From Sphingomonadales bacterium (lineage in GTDB: Bacteria; Pseudomonadota; Alphaproteobacteria; Sphingomonadales; Sphingomonadaceae): DNA of 41,926 nucleotides. Below are positions 8,147 through 17,036 of the stretch, piece by piece (position 1 is the first letter of the stretch; each line of letters begins with the position of its first letter). Both the position numbers and the translations under genes were made by a program. The stretch covers positions 1 to 41,926 of the forward strand of contig JAXDPC010000260.1 in the NCBI GenBank assembly GCA_034668525.1, in the 5' to 3' direction. The notes under the pieces are model-generated. The model saw only the letters and a list, made by a program, of their open reading frames with translations. It was not told the origin of the DNA and searched no databases.

Positions 8147-9706
8147 TCAGAACCGCGCGTAGATCGTGGTGCTGAGGTCGCCGTTCAGCCCCTGCATGAG
8201 GGCCGCCGCGATGAGCAGCCCGGCGACAGCGGCACGCAGCGCATCCATTCGCCAGCCGATCCTTGTCGCGCGGCCGGCAGGCCGCTGCGGCGCGCCGGGA
8301 TGATCGTAGAGGTCGAAGATCTGGATTGTATTGGGCGCGGCGAAGGCCAGCACGGTGGCGATCGCCGCGATGAGCAGGCCTGCGCCCGATACAGCGGCGG
8401 GCGCGTGCAGGATGCCGTCGAGCCCGCTGATCGCGCCGAGCTGCGGCAGCAGATTCTCTCCCGGAACGCCGCCGCCTAGTCCCGCCAGGCCACGGTAGAC
8501 GGCGCCCGCGGTGGCGAGGGTGCCGGAGCGGAAGAGGACGCAGATGAGCACCAGGCCGAGGAGGACGGTGACGCGCGCCAGCAGCCGGCGCGCCGGACCG
8601 CGGCCGCCCCTCGACGGCCAGCGCAGCTCCGCGAGCTGGTAGGCGACCGCGATCAGCCCGCCGACGAAGCCGCAGAGGATGTAGGTGGGCCGTGCGCCGT
8701 GCCACCAGCCGAACAGCGACAGGCTGAGCAGAGTCGCCGCCGCCGAAGCCTTGACCGCGCGGCTGGTGGCATTTCCTCTGACGTGCCGGCGCACCCAGCG
8801 AAACAAGGGCGCATAGACATAGGTGCGGATGAACACGACCAGCGAGATGTGCCAGCGGTCGAAATATTCGGTCGCCGAGCGCGCCTTGAGCGGCGAGTAG
8901 AAATTGATCGGCAGGCGCAGCCCGACCATCAGCCCGATGCCGAGCGCGATGTCAGAGATTCCGGAAAAGTCGAAATAGAGCTGGATCAGATAGCACCAGC
9001 CCGCGGCCCAGGCCTCGGCGACGCTGAGCGCGTGGCCGGCGGCCGCAGCGGCATAGATCGGATCGACGACGCCCCCGATCGGATCGGCGATCAGCAGCTT
9101 TTTGGCGAGCCCCACCGCGAAGACGGAGAGGCCCAGAGCGAGCGAGGCGGGCGCGATCGCCCCGGTCTCCAGCGCCTCATATTCCCGCGCGGCGTCGCGA
9201 TAGCGGAAGATCGGCCCGGCCACCATTTGCGGGAAGAAGATCGAATAGAGGGCGAAGCGCGGCATCTCGCGGATTCCGACCGGCTCCGCTTCGGCGGGCG
9301 TGAGATCGGCGATCCAGGAGATCTGCTTCAGGATGAAGAAGGAGAGGCCGAGCGGAAGGCCGGTCTGGATCAGGCCCGCAGCCGGCTCCGCGCCGGCGAG
9401 ATCGGCCGGCGAAGCCGCATATTTGTACGCTGCGAGCACTGCGATGTTGAGCAGGATCGTTCCCGCCGCGATCCAGATCCGGCCCCGCCCCTTGGCCCCG
9501 GTCACCGCCGCGCCGGCCGCGAAATTGACCAGGACCAGGCTCGCGACCAGCGGCGCGTGGCGCGGATCGGCGAGCCAGTAGAAGAGAGCCGAGGCCGCGA
9601 GCAGCACCGCGATCCGCGCGCCGCCGCCGCGGTTGCGCAGCAGCCAGTAAGCGGCGAGCAGCGCCGGCAGGAAGAATGCGACGAACTTGGGATCGTAGGT
9701 CAGCAC
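8147..9706 (-). CDS. MBOAT-family O-acyltransferase (AlgI/DltB-like)
   Basis: LPLGLSFF, FFPQMVAGPI, GLAKKLLIAD, QLYFDFSGISDIALG, NFYSP, RWHISL, WHGA (catalytic His); C-terminal IYARF. Confidence 0.93.
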   Translation of the reverse strand: MLTYDPKFVAFFLPALLAAYWLLRNRGGGARIAVLLAASALFYWLADPRHAPLVASLVLVNFAAGAAVTGAKGRGRIWIAAGTILLNIAVLAAYKYAASPADLAGAEPAAGLIQTGLPLGLSFFILKQISWIADLTPAEAEPVGIREMPRFALYSIFFPQMVAGPIFRYRDAAREYEALETGAIAPASLALGLSVFAVGLAKKLLIADPIGGVVDPIYAAAAAGHALSVAEAWAAGWCYLIQLYFDFSGISDIALGIGLMVGLRLPINFYSPLKARSATEYFDRWHISLVVFIRTYVYAPLFRWVRRHVRGNATSRAVKASAAATLLSLSLFGWWHGARPTYILCGFVGGLIAVAYQLAELRWPSRGGRGPARRLLARVTVLLGLVLICVLFRSGTLATAGAVYRGLAGLGGGVPGENLLPQLGAISGLDGILHAPAAVSGAGLLIAAIATVLAFAAPNTIQIFDLYDHPGAPQRPAGRATRIGWRMDALRAAVAGLLIAAALMQGLNGDLSTTIYARF

Positions 9707-9713
9707 CGCGCGC

Positions 9714-11399
9714 CTATCCGGCCTTTTTCTCGATCAGCACGTCGTCGACGAGCAATGCGTCGAGGCCCGTGGTCGTGAGGATGGCGAGCGCGTCCTCGAC
9801 GGTGTGGACGATCGGCTTGCCCATCACGTTGAGGCTGGTGTTGAGCAGGATCGGCACGCCGCTCGCCTGCTCGAAATCGGCGAGCAGCGCGCACAGCCAC
9901 CTATTGGATTCCCCGCTCACCGTCTGCAGGCGTCCGGTGCCGTCCGCATGGACGACCGCCGGCACCCGACCCGCTTTGTCGGGCCGCCAGCGGTGGGCGA
10001 ACGACATATAAGGCGATGGCCCGGCACCCTCGAACCACCGATCGGCTTCGGCCTCGGCGACGATCGGCGCGAACGGCCGGTAGGGTTCGCGTCCCTTCAC
10101 CTCGCGGTTTAGCCGGTCCTTCATTCCCGCGGGCCGGGGATCCGCGATGATCGAGCGGTTGCCCAGCGCGCGCGGGCCGAACTCGGCACGCCCCCGCATC
10201 ACTCCGATCACGGCGCCGCCGGCGAGCAGCTCCGCGACCGCGCGGGTGTCGCCCGCGGTCTCGGTCACCTTGGCGAAGCCGCCGTGCCTGACCGCGCCGG
10301 CGAGCGCCTTCGGGTCCGGCTCGCTGCCCAGATAAGGGCTGGGGCAGTGCGGCAGCGGCGCGCCTCCCATGTCCTCCTGCCACGCCAGCAGGGCGGCGCC
10401 GGCGGCGTTGCCGTCGTCTGCCGGCGCCGGGGGAACGTGGACCGCCCCCAGCGAATATCTCTCGCGCAGCGTGCCGTTATAGGAAGAGTTGAGCGCGCAG
10501 CCGCCGCCGAGCAGGAGATTGTCCCCCGGCGCGCAGGCGATTGCGCCGACCACCTCGTCGGCGAGCGCCGCATGAGCGGCCTGGCCGCTGGCGGCGAGGT
10601 CCGCCGCCGCCATCACGTCGTCGGACGGCGCGCGCGACCAGGGCGCCAGCGCGGCTCCCGCCTCCTGCCAGCTCGAGGCGTCGCCGGTCCGCGGGCGGCC
10701 GTTCTCGATCCAGACGAGCCGCTTCAGCGTGTCGACCGCTTCGGGCACCGGGCGGCCGAAAGCGGCGAGGCCCATCACCTTCCACTCCTCGCCGCGGCGC
10801 CAGTCGAACCCGCAGCGGCCGGTGACGAAGCCGTAGAGATAGCCGAGGCTGCCCGGCCCCCAGGACCGCCAGCGCCGCGCCAGCCGCCGCTCCTGCATCG
10901 CATAGAGGCTGACCGAGCCGACCTCCCCCTCGCCGTCGACGATCAGGCAGTGCGCGTCCTCGAACGGCGAGGAGGCGGCCGCATAAGCGGCGTGGCAGAG
11001 ATGATGGTCGTAGGCGCGACGCTCGACCGGGACCCCCGGCGCGATGCGCGGCACGTTGAGCCCGAAATGCTCGAAGGCCCGCCGCTGATGCTCGCGCAGC
11101 CAGAAGGCGTTGACGGGATCGATGATGTCGGCGGAGAGCGCGCCGTCCTCGCCGGGGGACTGCTCCCAATGCTTCACCCGGGCCCAGCTCGCCGCGACGA
11201 CGAACCTGGTCGCGTCGGCGCAATATCGCGACAGCGGCCCGGCGAGATGGTCGAAATGGTCGGGCGCCGCGCCCCACGCGCGCTTGTCCTGCAGATAGCG
11301 CTCGGTCGCTTCGGCGAACAGCAGCCGCCCTTCGGCATCGACGATCGCTAAGGCCGGATCGTGTCCGGTAACTGCGAGGCCGATATAATAGGTGCTCAT
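9714..11399 (-). CDS. Carbamoyltransferase, NodU/CmcH/TobZ family
   Basis: GHD, ER..K, HHLCHA, DGEGE, SLGYLY, EWKVMGLAAFG, GGGCALN, DDGNAAGAA, EFGPRALGNRSI, REPYRPFAP, HADGTGRLQ, LNTSLN; ATG 11399 overlaps the ACP stop. Confidence 0.95.
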   Translation of the reverse strand: MSTYYIGLAVTGHDPALAIVDAEGRLLFAEATERYLQDKRAWGAAPDHFDHLAGPLSRYCADATRFVVAASWARVKHWEQSPGEDGALSADIIDPVNAFWLREHQRRAFEHFGLNVPRIAPGVPVERRAYDHHLCHAAYAAASSPFEDAHCLIVDGEGEVGSVSLYAMQERRLARRWRSWGPGSLGYLYGFVTGRCGFDWRRGEEWKVMGLAAFGRPVPEAVDTLKRLVWIENGRPRTGDASSWQEAGAALAPWSRAPSDDVMAAADLAASGQAAHAALADEVVGAIACAPGDNLLLGGGCALNSSYNGTLRERYSLGAVHVPPAPADDGNAAGAALLAWQEDMGGAPLPHCPSPYLGSEPDPKALAGAVRHGGFAKVTETAGDTRAVAELLAGGAVIGVMRGRAEFGPRALGNRSIIADPRPAGMKDRLNREVKGREPYRPFAPIVAEAEADRWFEGAGPSPYMSFAHRWRPDKAGRVPAVVHADGTGRLQTVSGESNRWLCALLADFEQASGVPILLNTSLNVMGKPIVHTVEDALAILTTTGLDALLVDDVLIEKKAG

Positions 11400-11653
11400 C
11401 GTCGCGAGAGGCTCGCGGACACGCTGTCGGCAACACGGTTTACGGTGCGGCATTCGAACAGCAGCACCGGCTCGATCTCCACGCCGAAGCGATCCTCCAG
11501 CTCGCCGCTGATCAGCACCGCATCGATCGACCTGATCCCGAGCTCGATCAGGTCCGCGTCGCGATCGATTCCGGAAGGGTCACAGCCGATCCTTTCGGCG
11601 AGCCGTTCCAGCAGATAGGCGATGAGTTCGTCGCGCGCGGCGGCGTCGGTCAC
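11396..11653 (-). CDS. Acyl carrier protein (FAAL/PKS-type)
   Basis: 85 aa, acidic; LIELGIRSIDAV (phosphopantetheine Ser); ELEDRFGVEIEPVLLFECRTV. Confidence 0.88.
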   Translation of the reverse strand: MTDAAARDELIAYLLERLAERIGCDPSGIDRDADLIELGIRSIDAVLISGELEDRFGVEIEPVLLFECRTVNRVADSVSASLSRR

Positions 11654-11667
11654 TTCTTAAATTCCTC

Positions 11668-12741
11668 TCAGGTCAGGCGGCAGACGAAGTCGATCGGGCT
11701 CGTCACCATCACGTAGGGCTCGAAGCCCGACGGCGGCCAGAGCGGGGCAAAGCGCGGGAAGCGGCGGACCAGCGCCGTCAGGGCCTCTGCGATGATCAGG
11801 CGGGCGAGCTCGGCTCCGAGGCATTTGTGGACGCCCGCGCCGAAAGCGACGTGGTTGATCGATCCGGCGACCGACGCACCGCCGAGCGGACACGCACCGC
11901 CGAGCGCCTCCGCGCTTGCCGGACCGATCGGCACCTCGACCCGCGCTGCCGGCCCGGCCTCGCCACGCCGCTCGCGGATCAGGAACTGGAAGGAGGTGCT
12001 CGCCGCGATCAGTCGTTCCACCGCCGCCATCCGCCGCTCCGGTTCGAGCAGGGCGGACCTGCGCTCGGGCGGAAGGCTCGCGACGGTCATGATCGTGTTG
12101 GAAAGCGTGTGCCGGGTGACGCTGCTCGCTCCGTAGAGGCTCATGGCGAGCCAGATACGGTCCTCCGCCGAAAGCCCATCGTCGTTCTGATGAAGGAAGG
12201 TCGGGAGACCTTCACTTTCGGGCGGCGGCGAAGCGCAGGCGGCGTCGGCGACAGCCGCGGCGAACTCGCCCAGCGCCGTCTCGATCCGCGGCAGCCGGCG
12301 CATTGGCGGAAGCGGCTCGGTCAGCCATCGTGCCTCGTCGGTCCACAGGTCGAAGTCTTCGCGTCCCGCGGCGGGCAGGCCGATCATCCTGCAGACCACG
12401 TCTCCCGCGACGATGCGCGCGAAATCGGCAACCAGGTCAGCTTCCGTCCGACCGTCGAGCAGCGCGACTGCGTCTTCGGCACAGCGCGCGATTTGCGGCT
12501 GCCACATGGCGAGGATCGACGGCCGGAAGAAGGCAAGGGACGCGCGGCGCAGCTCGATGTGCCGCTCCCCGCCGAGAAAGAAGAGCAGCCGTTCGACCTG
12601 CTCACGGATGTTCGGGATCGGCGTGGCGCTGGCGGCCTCCAGCTGGCCAAAGAAGGCCGGCAGATCGATGACATCCGACGAGCGGCTGCGGAGCACCGAC
12701 GCGCAGGCGTTGACGTCCATGGTCCGGGCGGCCGCGGTCAC
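11668..12741 (-). CDS. Cytochrome P450, short and divergent
   Basis: Heme-thiolate motif HVAFGAGVHKCLGAELAR; H..LRR; ADLVADFA...VVCRMIGLP. Likely GTG start at 12741 overlapping the FAAL stop (ATG 12720 is an alternative). Confidence 0.8.
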   Translation of the reverse strand: MTAAARTMDVNACASVLRSRSSDVIDLPAFFGQLEAASATPIPNIREQVERLLFFLGGERHIELRRASLAFFRPSILAMWQPQIARCAEDAVALLDGRTEADLVADFARIVAGDVVCRMIGLPAAGREDFDLWTDEARWLTEPLPPMRRLPRIETALGEFAAAVADAACASPPPESEGLPTFLHQNDDGLSAEDRIWLAMSLYGASSVTRHTLSNTIMTVASLPPERRSALLEPERRMAAVERLIAASTSFQFLIRERRGEAGPAARVEVPIGPASAEALGGACPLGGASVAGSINHVAFGAGVHKCLGAELARLIIAEALTALVRRFPRFAPLWPPSGFEPYVMVTSPIDFVCRLT

Positions 12742-14411
12742 GACGCCTCCGCCATCGCGGCAGCGCCGGCCCAGAGATCGCGCGCTGCGGAACGGCGGAT
12801 CTTTCCGCTGGTCGTGCGGGGAAGGCTCCCGGGGCGCACGATGTGCAGCTCGGCCAGCGTGACCCCGAGGTCGCGGGACAGTGCCGCCCGGGCGCAATGC
12901 AGGGACTCGCGCTCGCCGAGCTGCACCGGCACGCCGCGGCGCCGCTCGACGAGCAGAACGATTGGTCCGCCTTCCTCCTCCGGCCCCTGGAAAGCCGCGG
13001 CCGCGTCCGGGTTGACCTGCGGCAGAGCGGCCGTCGCGATCCGCTCCACATCGACCGCGGCGATATTGACTCCCCCCGCGATCAACACATCCTTGATTCG
13101 ACCGGTGACGCTGAGGCGGTCGCCGTCGATGCGCCCGATGTCGCCCGTGCGCAGCCAGTCGCGGCCGTCGTCCGGCTTCATGCGGGCCGCGAAGACCTCG
13201 CGGGTCGCTTCCTCGTCGGCGAAATAGCCGCCGGCAACGGAGGTCCCGGCGATCCAGATCTCACCTTCCTCGCCCGCCGCGGCCAGCCGCCCGTCCGCCC
13301 CGACGATGCGGATCGTGGCACAGCTCGCGGCATCGAGGTAGCAGGGCGCGCGCTCGCCGGCACGAGGCAGCTCTGACTCCGAGTGCGACGCCGGGCGGTG
13401 CGCACCAGCGGCATAGAGCGTCGTCTCCGCCAGCCCGTAACAGGTGAAAACTGCATCGGGCCTGAGGCCCGCGCGCGCGAAGCGGCGCCGAAAGGCGGCG
13501 AGCGTGGAGGAGAAAACCGGCTCCGCGCCGCAAAACGCACTCCGCCACGACGACAGGTCGAGCGTATCGACCACTTCGTCGGGAACGCGGCTGGCGCACA
13601 GGTCGAGCGCGAAAGCCGGCGCGCCGCTGGTCGTCGCGCGGTAGCGGCTGATCGCCGTCAGCCACCGCGCCGGCCGCTGGACGAATGCCAGCGGCGACAT
13701 GTGGACCGTCTCGAGACCGTTGACGAGCGGGGTCAGGACCTTGCCGATGAGGCCCATGTCGTGATGATGCGGCATCCAGTTGACCAGCAATTCGCGCTCC
13801 CCGCGCTGGCCGACGTCCATGCCCGACGAGGAGGCGGCAATGTTGGCGAGCAGGCAGCGGCTGTGGAGAATGACCCCGCGCGGCACGCCGGTCGTTCCGG
13901 ACGTATATTGGAGGATGGCCGGCTCGCGCAGGTCGCGGTCGAGCCCGGGGCAGTGCAGCGGCGGGTCCGCATCGGCAAGGGCAGCCACGTCGGAGATCGG
14001 CACGCAGGACAGCGGACCGTGCACCCCCCCGCCGCGCCTCAGCCGCTCGGCGATGCGCGGCGATGCGATGACGATGCTCGGGCGACACGCCTCGGCGATC
14101 CTCTCCAGCCGGTCGAGCGACGCGCCGGGCCGCGGCTCGGGCGCAGGGACGGCGACGACGCCGGCATAAAGGCATCCGACGAGGGCGCCGAGAAAATCCG
14201 GGCCGGTCTCCATGACGATCAGCGCCCTGCAGCCGACGAGCTTTCTCTCGATCAGACCGCCCGCGATGCGGCGCGCGGCGGAATCGATCTCCTCGCAGGT
14301 CAGCGCCGCGGCCTCTTCCTCGCCGTTGCGGAGGTACCGCATCAACACCCGATCGGGGGAGGCGGCGAGCTGGTTGTGAATGGCGGAAGCAATCGATCGG
14401 TCTGTACGCAT
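12738..14411 (-). CDS. Fatty acyl-AMP ligase (FAAL)
   Basis: GCLYAGVVAVP, LQYTSGTTGVPRGV, WMPHHHDMGLIG, FVQRPARWL, LDLSSWR, GAEPV, CYGLAETTL, WLRTGDIG, GRIKD, LPRTTSGKIRR. Confidence 0.9.
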   Translation of the reverse strand: MRTDRSIASAIHNQLAASPDRVLMRYLRNGEEEAAALTCEEIDSAARRIAGGLIERKLVGCRALIVMETGPDFLGALVGCLYAGVVAVPAPEPRPGASLDRLERIAEACRPSIVIASPRIAERLRRGGGVHGPLSCVPISDVAALADADPPLHCPGLDRDLREPAILQYTSGTTGVPRGVILHSRCLLANIAASSSGMDVGQRGERELLVNWMPHHHDMGLIGKVLTPLVNGLETVHMSPLAFVQRPARWLTAISRYRATTSGAPAFALDLCASRVPDEVVDTLDLSSWRSAFCGAEPVFSSTLAAFRRRFARAGLRPDAVFTCYGLAETTLYAAGAHRPASHSESELPRAGERAPCYLDAASCATIRIVGADGRLAAAGEEGEIWIAGTSVAGGYFADEEATREVFAARMKPDDGRDWLRTGDIGRIDGDRLSVTGRIKDVLIAGGVNIAAVDVERIATAALPQVNPDAAAAFQGPEEEGGPIVLLVERRRGVPVQLGERESLHCARAALSRDLGVTLAELHIVRPGSLPRTTSGKIRRSAARDLWAGAAAMAEAS

Positions 14412-14626
14412 ACTCGTCCTTTGGACAGCGGTCGTTACAGACCGACGGTGACTCCGAACAGGTCCAAAATGAAACCTATGTTTAGACGATCGGCGGAGCG
14501 CCTTCGGCTTCCCGGTGACTCGGCACCGGTCGGCGGCTCGGCAGGACGAACCGTGCGCTCGCCTTGGAGTCAGGCGCTTGCGTTCGCCGCTCTGCCTCTC
14601 TAGCCGTCGATGGCGAGCGAGGACCG

Positions 14627-16138
14627 ATGACGGATAACAGAGTTAGGAAAGTCGTCGTCATCGGCGGCGGGTCGGCCGGCTGGATGAGCGCGGCCGCATT
14701 GGTGAACACGCTTCGCGGCGGCTGTGAGATCCACCTCGTCGAGAGCGACGAGATCGGTATCGTCGGCGTCGGAGAAGCGACGATCCCTCCCATCAAACTG
14801 TTCAACAACGCCCTCGGGATCGAGGAGAACGACTTCGTCCGCGCCACCCAGGGAGCGTTCAAGCTGGGTATCCAATTCGTCGACTGGGCACGGCTCGGCC
14901 ACGTCTATTTCCACCCGTTCGGCCACATCGGCGCACGCTTCGACAGCGTCCCGCTGCATCAATATTGGCTTCGCGCCCACGCGCGCGGCGACCAGTCGCG
15001 GATCGAAGATTATTCTATGGCCTGGGCCGCGGCCGCGCGCGGCCGGTTCGCACCGCCGGTGGCCGACCAGAGGCTAATCCAGTCGACCCACAGCTATGCC
15101 TATCATTTCGATGCGGGCCTCTATGGCCGCTATCTCCGAGCCTATTCGGAGAAGCGCGGGGTGATCCGCCACGAGGGAAAGGTCGTCGACGTCTCTCTGC
15201 GTGGCGAGGACGGTTTCATCGAAAGCGTGGAGCTTGCGGACGGCCGGGTCGTCGAGGGCGATCTGTTCATCGATTGCTCGGGCTTTCGCGGGCTTCTGAT
15301 CGAAGGCGCGCTGCAATCCGGATACGAGGATTGGAGCCGCTGGCTGCCCTGCAACCGCGCGCTCGCCGTCCCCTGCGCCCATGGCGACAGCGAATTCACG
15401 CCCTACACCCGTTCCACCGCGCGAAGCGCCGGATGGCAGTGGCGGATTCCCCTGCAGCACAGGATCGGCAACGGCTACGTCTATTCGAGCGGCTTCATCT
15501 CCGACGATGAGGCCGCGGCGACCCTGATGGCCAATCTGGACGGGGAGCCCCTCGCCGAGCCGCGTCCCCTTCGATTCACCAGCGGCCGCCGCAGGATCTT
15601 CTGGAACCGCAACTGCATCGCTATCGGCCTCGCCGCCGGCTTCATGGAGCCGCTGGAATCGACCAGCCTCCATTTGGTTCAGAGCGGAATTACCCGTCTC
15701 CTTGCGCTGTGGCCCGACCTCGATTTCAACCCGCTCGGCGCGGCCGAGTACAACCGCCTCACGATCGAGGAATATGAGCGCACCCGCGACTTCATCATCC
15801 TCCATTATCGCGCCACCGAACGGGACGACAGCGAGCTGTGGCGCTATTGCCAGGCCATGACCGTGCCCGACCAGCTTCAGTACAAGATGGACCATTTCCG
15901 GGCCAACGGCAGGCTGGTGATGGAAGGTTATGAGCTGTTTCAGAACCCGTCCTGGATCGCGGTCCATCTCGGACAGTTCGTGACGCCCGAACGTTATGAT
16001 CCGATCGTGGACGAAAGACCGCACGTCCAGGCAGAGCGTATCCTCGCGGACCTGCGCCGCGCCGTCGACGAGGCCGCCGAGGCGATGCCCACGCACCGCG
16101 ACTATATCGAGAGGCATTGCCGGGCCGCGGCCCCTTGA
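14627..16138 (+). CDS. Flavin-dependent halogenase, tryptophan-halogenase family
   Basis: [22 protein letters not shown] (catalytic Lys), YAYHFDA, FIDCSGF, WQWRIPL (WxWxIP), [10 protein letters not shown]. Confidence 0.92.
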   Translation: MTDNRVRKVVVIGGGSAGWMSAAALVNTLRGGCEIHLVESDEIGIVGVGEATIPPIKLFNNALGIEENDFVRATQGAFKLGIQFVDWARLGHVYFHPFGHIGARFDSVPLHQYWLRAHARGDQSRIEDYSMAWAAAARGRFAPPVADQRLIQSTHSYAYHFDAGLYGRYLRAYSEKRGVIRHEGKVVDVSLRGEDGFIESVELADGRVVEGDLFIDCSGFRGLLIEGALQSGYEDWSRWLPCNRALAVPCAHGDSEFTPYTRSTARSAGWQWRIPLQHRIGNGYVYSSGFISDDEAAATLMANLDGEPLAEPRPLRFTSGRRRIFWNRNCIAIGLAAGFMEPLESTSLHLVQSGITRLLALWPDLDFNPLGAAEYNRLTIEEYERTRDFIILHYRATERDDSELWRYCQAMTVPDQLQYKMDHFRANGRLVMEGYELFQNPSWIAVHLGQFVTPERYDPIVDERPHVQAERILADLRRAVDEAAEAMPTHRDYIERHCRAAAP

Positions 16139-16150
16139 GAGGAAGGGGCC
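16129..16150. terminator. Hairpin between the convergent halogenase and methyltransferase genes
   Basis: GGCCCCTT-gagagg-AAGGGGCC, 8-bp stem; no clear U-tract. Confidence 0.4.
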
Positions 16151-16984
16151 TCAGGCGCTGACCGCTTTGCGGCCGACCGCCACCCAATACGGCGAGCCCT
16201 CGCGGAAGCGGATCCCATCGAGGCCGCTGCGCCGCATCATCGCTTCGATCGCGGCGCGCGAGAAGCGCTGCTCGAGCGGTGTCCCGAACCGGTCGAGGGC
16301 GGCCATGCGCATGTTGCCGAGACGGGCATCGCGGTACGAGCCGAGCGGCACCCGCTCGGCGTCGCCGCCGGCGCGCTCGACCAGCCGGGCGAGCCTGCTG
16401 AGCGGCCAGTAGATCGAGACGGCGATCGCGTCGCAGGCGTGGCTGCGCAGGCGATCCGGAAGCCGCGATATGGCGCGGCGGCCCATGTCCGCGGCCCGCC
16501 AGGCAGCGCGAAACCAGAACGGCCGGTTCTCGAAGTCGTAATATAGGTAGAGCAGGAAGGGCGCGCCCGGCTTGAGCTTGGCGACGCAGCGACGCAGCGC
16601 AGCTTCGGTGTCCGGAACGTGGTGGAGGACGCCCAGCGAATAGCCGAAATCCTGGCTGCCGTCGGCTAAGGGGATATCGTCGACTGCAGCGAGGTGGAAG
16701 TCGACATTGCTCCAGTCCGCCATCGCGCGGCGCGCGACTGCCAGTCCGCTCGGCGACGGATCGAGGCAGTGGAGCCGGCCGACCCGCGGCGCGACGTGGA
16801 CCGCCAGTCGCCCCTGGCCGCAGCCGAGATCGAACCCTTCGGCATCCGCCAGCTCGTCGAACGGGAAAAGGGAGAAAAGCTGCTCGAAGCCCCGCCGCGA
16901 CCGCTCCGGATTGTCGGTGCCGCCGGTTCGGGCTCTCCATTTCGCATCGAAGGCACGCGCGGTCGCTTCGTCGATATTGCTCAC
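16151..16984 (-). CDS. Class I SAM-dependent methyltransferase
   Basis: Motif I FDLGCGQG, LDPS, DFGYSLGVLHHVPD, LKPGAP. Confidence 0.9.
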   Translation of the reverse strand: MSNIDEATARAFDAKWRARTGGTDNPERSRRGFEQLFSLFPFDELADAEGFDLGCGQGRLAVHVAPRVGRLHCLDPSPSGLAVARRAMADWSNVDFHLAAVDDIPLADGSQDFGYSLGVLHHVPDTEAALRRCVAKLKPGAPFLLYLYYDFENRPFWFRAAWRAADMGRRAISRLPDRLRSHACDAIAVSIYWPLSRLARLVERAGGDAERVPLGSYRDARLGNMRMAALDRFGTPLEQRFSRAAIEAMMRRSGLDGIRFREGSPYWVAVGRKAVSA

Positions 16985-17036
16985 CGCGCCGGCTTAGCGC
17001 GGCCGGCGGGACGGACCAAGCGGCGGGGCAACGGGT

